64,000 nt of DNA from a virus, in the IMG/VR virus record IMGVR_UViG_3300042691_022450, one strand, 5' to 3'. The position numbers were made by a program, and so were the translations under genes. Each line of letters begins with the position of its first letter. The stretch's first letter is position 1. Below are positions 61,643-64,000 of the stretch, in pieces. Below the pieces are notes generated by a model. That model was not told the DNA's origin. It worked only from the letters and a program-made list of their open reading frames with translations, and ran no database searches.

Positions 61643-63492
61643 GGACACTTCTCAAACAGGCACAAGAGCACTTTACGGGTGCTCTTTTTTGATGTATAAT
61701 GACCTTATGAGTAATCACTTAAATGAATAACGATTGGAAACCAACTGAAATCAACGAAGGACAACCAACAAACTGGGAACCAAGGAAGCAACATCCCGAA
61801 GAAGTTGCTGAAGGATTGCGTAATGCTTTCAGACAAGCAATCAAAGATGGTGTGATGGATGCTACTCCTTACCTGAAACAAATGACACCTAAAATTGAAA
61901 TTGACCCTTCACTTATTCTCAAATCTGGTGATTGTATTTACTATCATGGAGTAAAGTATCAGAAAGTAGTAGAACCCAAGAGTTTTTATAATAAACTTTG
62001 GGACTTGCTAAAAACCAAATTGAATGATACTCTTGATTGTGATGAACTCACTGATGAAGTTATTGATTTGATTAGAGATACTATTCCAGAAACTATGGAG
62101 AATAAGTATCATTCTGATATTATTCAAGGTTATAATACGGCACTCAAAGAAGTAAAGGAGAGGTTCTGATGACTTTTAACACAGACATCGAAAAAACTGA
62201 AAAAGAAATTGCTGTCTTACAAAAGAAACTGGAACTCCTCAAAGAGATTGAAACACATAAATCTCAACCAAAAATGGAGTTTAGTTTTGGTGGTAAGTTT
62301 GAGGTCGTCTCTTATAATGATGAGGTTTATTATCGTCTTGAGTTTGATGATGAAAGTCATAGTTGGTATAAGAGAAAAGAGAAACTTGATGGTAATCTCC
62401 TGAAACAGATTACTGATGGTGAAACTCATCGTCTGCTTGAAGGTGTGTGGTTCAACGATGTCAAGCACGGAAAGTATGATGATGTAACGACAACAGAACC
62501 TTATAAAAATGTGAGAGCATATTGGGGTGAGAAGGATAATCCAAAACCTATGGATGAAGTAGTTGATAAGTTGATAAAAGAACAACAAGCACAAAAACTC
62601 TACAACAGACTGTATGATGAACTTGGTTTCGAGTTTGATACTTGTAATGATATTGTAGATATTGTTGAGGAGTGGATTTTAGATGAACAAAGTGCTTCTG
62701 GTTCCCAAAATGTAAATACTGAATTACTGGTAGAAGGTTTCAACGATTGTGTGCGGAAAATGAAGGAGATGTTGCGATGAGACACAATCCAGCAGATTGG
62801 GACACCTATTCTTCAAAGCAAAGAAAAGAATGGTATTATAAACCATATGAAGAACAACGAGAGATTATAAATCAATCATATCTCTCAATTATTACTGATG
62901 AGAATGGAAATCTTGATGCTTTGAAAATCCTTGAAATTATTATGGATTTACAAGACCGAGTAGAAGACCTTGAAACAGAATGTGTGAGGAAGGATTATTT
63001 CTAATGACTGACGAACAAATTAATACGATGCTCCAGATGCACCGACATCTTATTGTGAGTGAGATGACTGCTTGGTGTCATAAAATCAACAAAGATTACC
63101 GTGCTGCTGAACTCCAAACAGAAGTGAATGACGGACACTGGAATAACTTTGCTCTATGGTTGAGGAAGATTAGAGATGAATGAAGAACTTTATATTCTTT
63201 ATCTCAAACTTCGTGGTGGATATTGGAGAGTTAAGGAGGCATTTTCTATTTGGGGATTTTTGATGACCCATAGTTTGGAAAGATTAAATGAAAGATGTCA
63301 CGGTTTAAATTGTTTTGATGAGTTTTATGCTACAATTAATGGTGGTTGGAAATGACCGAACAATACGGGAATCTTCCTGATGGTTTCTTTCTTTCTGAAA
63401 AGGAGATTGAAGACTTGAGAAACTCTAAAAAGGAATTAACGGATTATGGTAGAGAGAAACTGAGAGAACTTATTGAAAAGCAGAAGAAAGAG

Positions 63493-63548
63493 GACACTTG
63501 ACGAACTGGCACAAGACCCCTCCACAGGGGCACCAGATGCCCTATAAT
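63493..63548 (+). promoter_or_regulatory. Early promoter module
   Basis: GACACTTGACGAACTGGCACA...TATAAT at +50. Confidence 0.8.
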
Positions 63549-64000
63549 AGTCTCATACACAAAGAAACTTTCTGATGTCTAATTTCTACACAAAACTTCC
63601 TGGTTGTGAAGTACTTCGCAGCAAGATTGATGTCTTCACGATGTCTGACCCTGATGATGAAAACATTTTTCAACGGGTAGAACTGACTGTAGATAATGAT
63701 GGTGTCTTCATTACTTCTTGCTCTGGTGGTGCTCGTGAGGATATGAGTATCGCACAGAAGGACTTGGCAATTGCTACTGCCCGTGCTATTCTGGAAGCAT
63801 ACGGAGTGGGTTGAATGACTTACAACCTCAACCAAGAAGCAAAAGCATTCTCTTACACTCGTGAAGAGTTGTTTAAGTGCATTGTAAAGATTGTTGCACA
63901 TCCTCATAAGACCATCACCGAGCACGACCAATCCCGTGCTCTCGCCATTATGGTGGTGTTTGATGATTATTTCTCCAATTACACAGAAAGTGATAATAAT

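Larger units (their letters stand above)
45387..64000 (+). other. Hyperplastic early region: dozens of short, tightly packed + strand hypothetical ORFs
   Basis: ATGA/TGATG overlaps, MT(E/D/K) starts, paralog families, repeated promoter modules. Confidence 0.8.

Overview
64 kb of a large T4-like (Kyanoviridae-type) cyanophage genome, almost entirely + strand. Evidence: T4 late promoters TATAAATA, T4-type capsid-targeting N-termini, plant-type ferredoxin, a cyanobacterial-type two-piece tmRNA and a trnL(UAA) intron. Layout: 1-19 kb tail fibre end, three RCC1-repeat proteins and a glycosyl/methyl/sulfo-transferase island; 19-24 kb vWA-peptidase plus MoxR ATPase; 24-35 kb small ORFs, petF, basic internal head proteins and a nuclease/Dam pair; 32.7-42.3 kb an RNA-rich region; 42-64 kb early small ORFs driven by a repeated promoter module and interspersed with GIY-YIG endonuclease cassettes. 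The RNA region holds 27 tRNAs covering 19 amino acids (all but Arg), a group I intron, tmRNA and tRNA-like RNAs. Three candidate undescribed systems stand out. (1) A DUF2828 (Ro60/TROVE-like, vWA) gene flanked by 11 structured RNAs sharing a stem+CAGCA(A) module, most next to an anticodon-loop mimic; four are grafted in circularly permuted form into tRNA scaffolds, and an RNA ligase lies nearby. (2) A leader-peptide attenuator ahead of the tRNA operon, whose 32-codon peptide contains the same 19 amino acids as the operon, suggesting a sensor of the whole tRNA pool. (3) A conserved leader on four endonuclease genes with a locus-specific, covarying 15-nt antisense segment. All calls were made by eye, without database searches.
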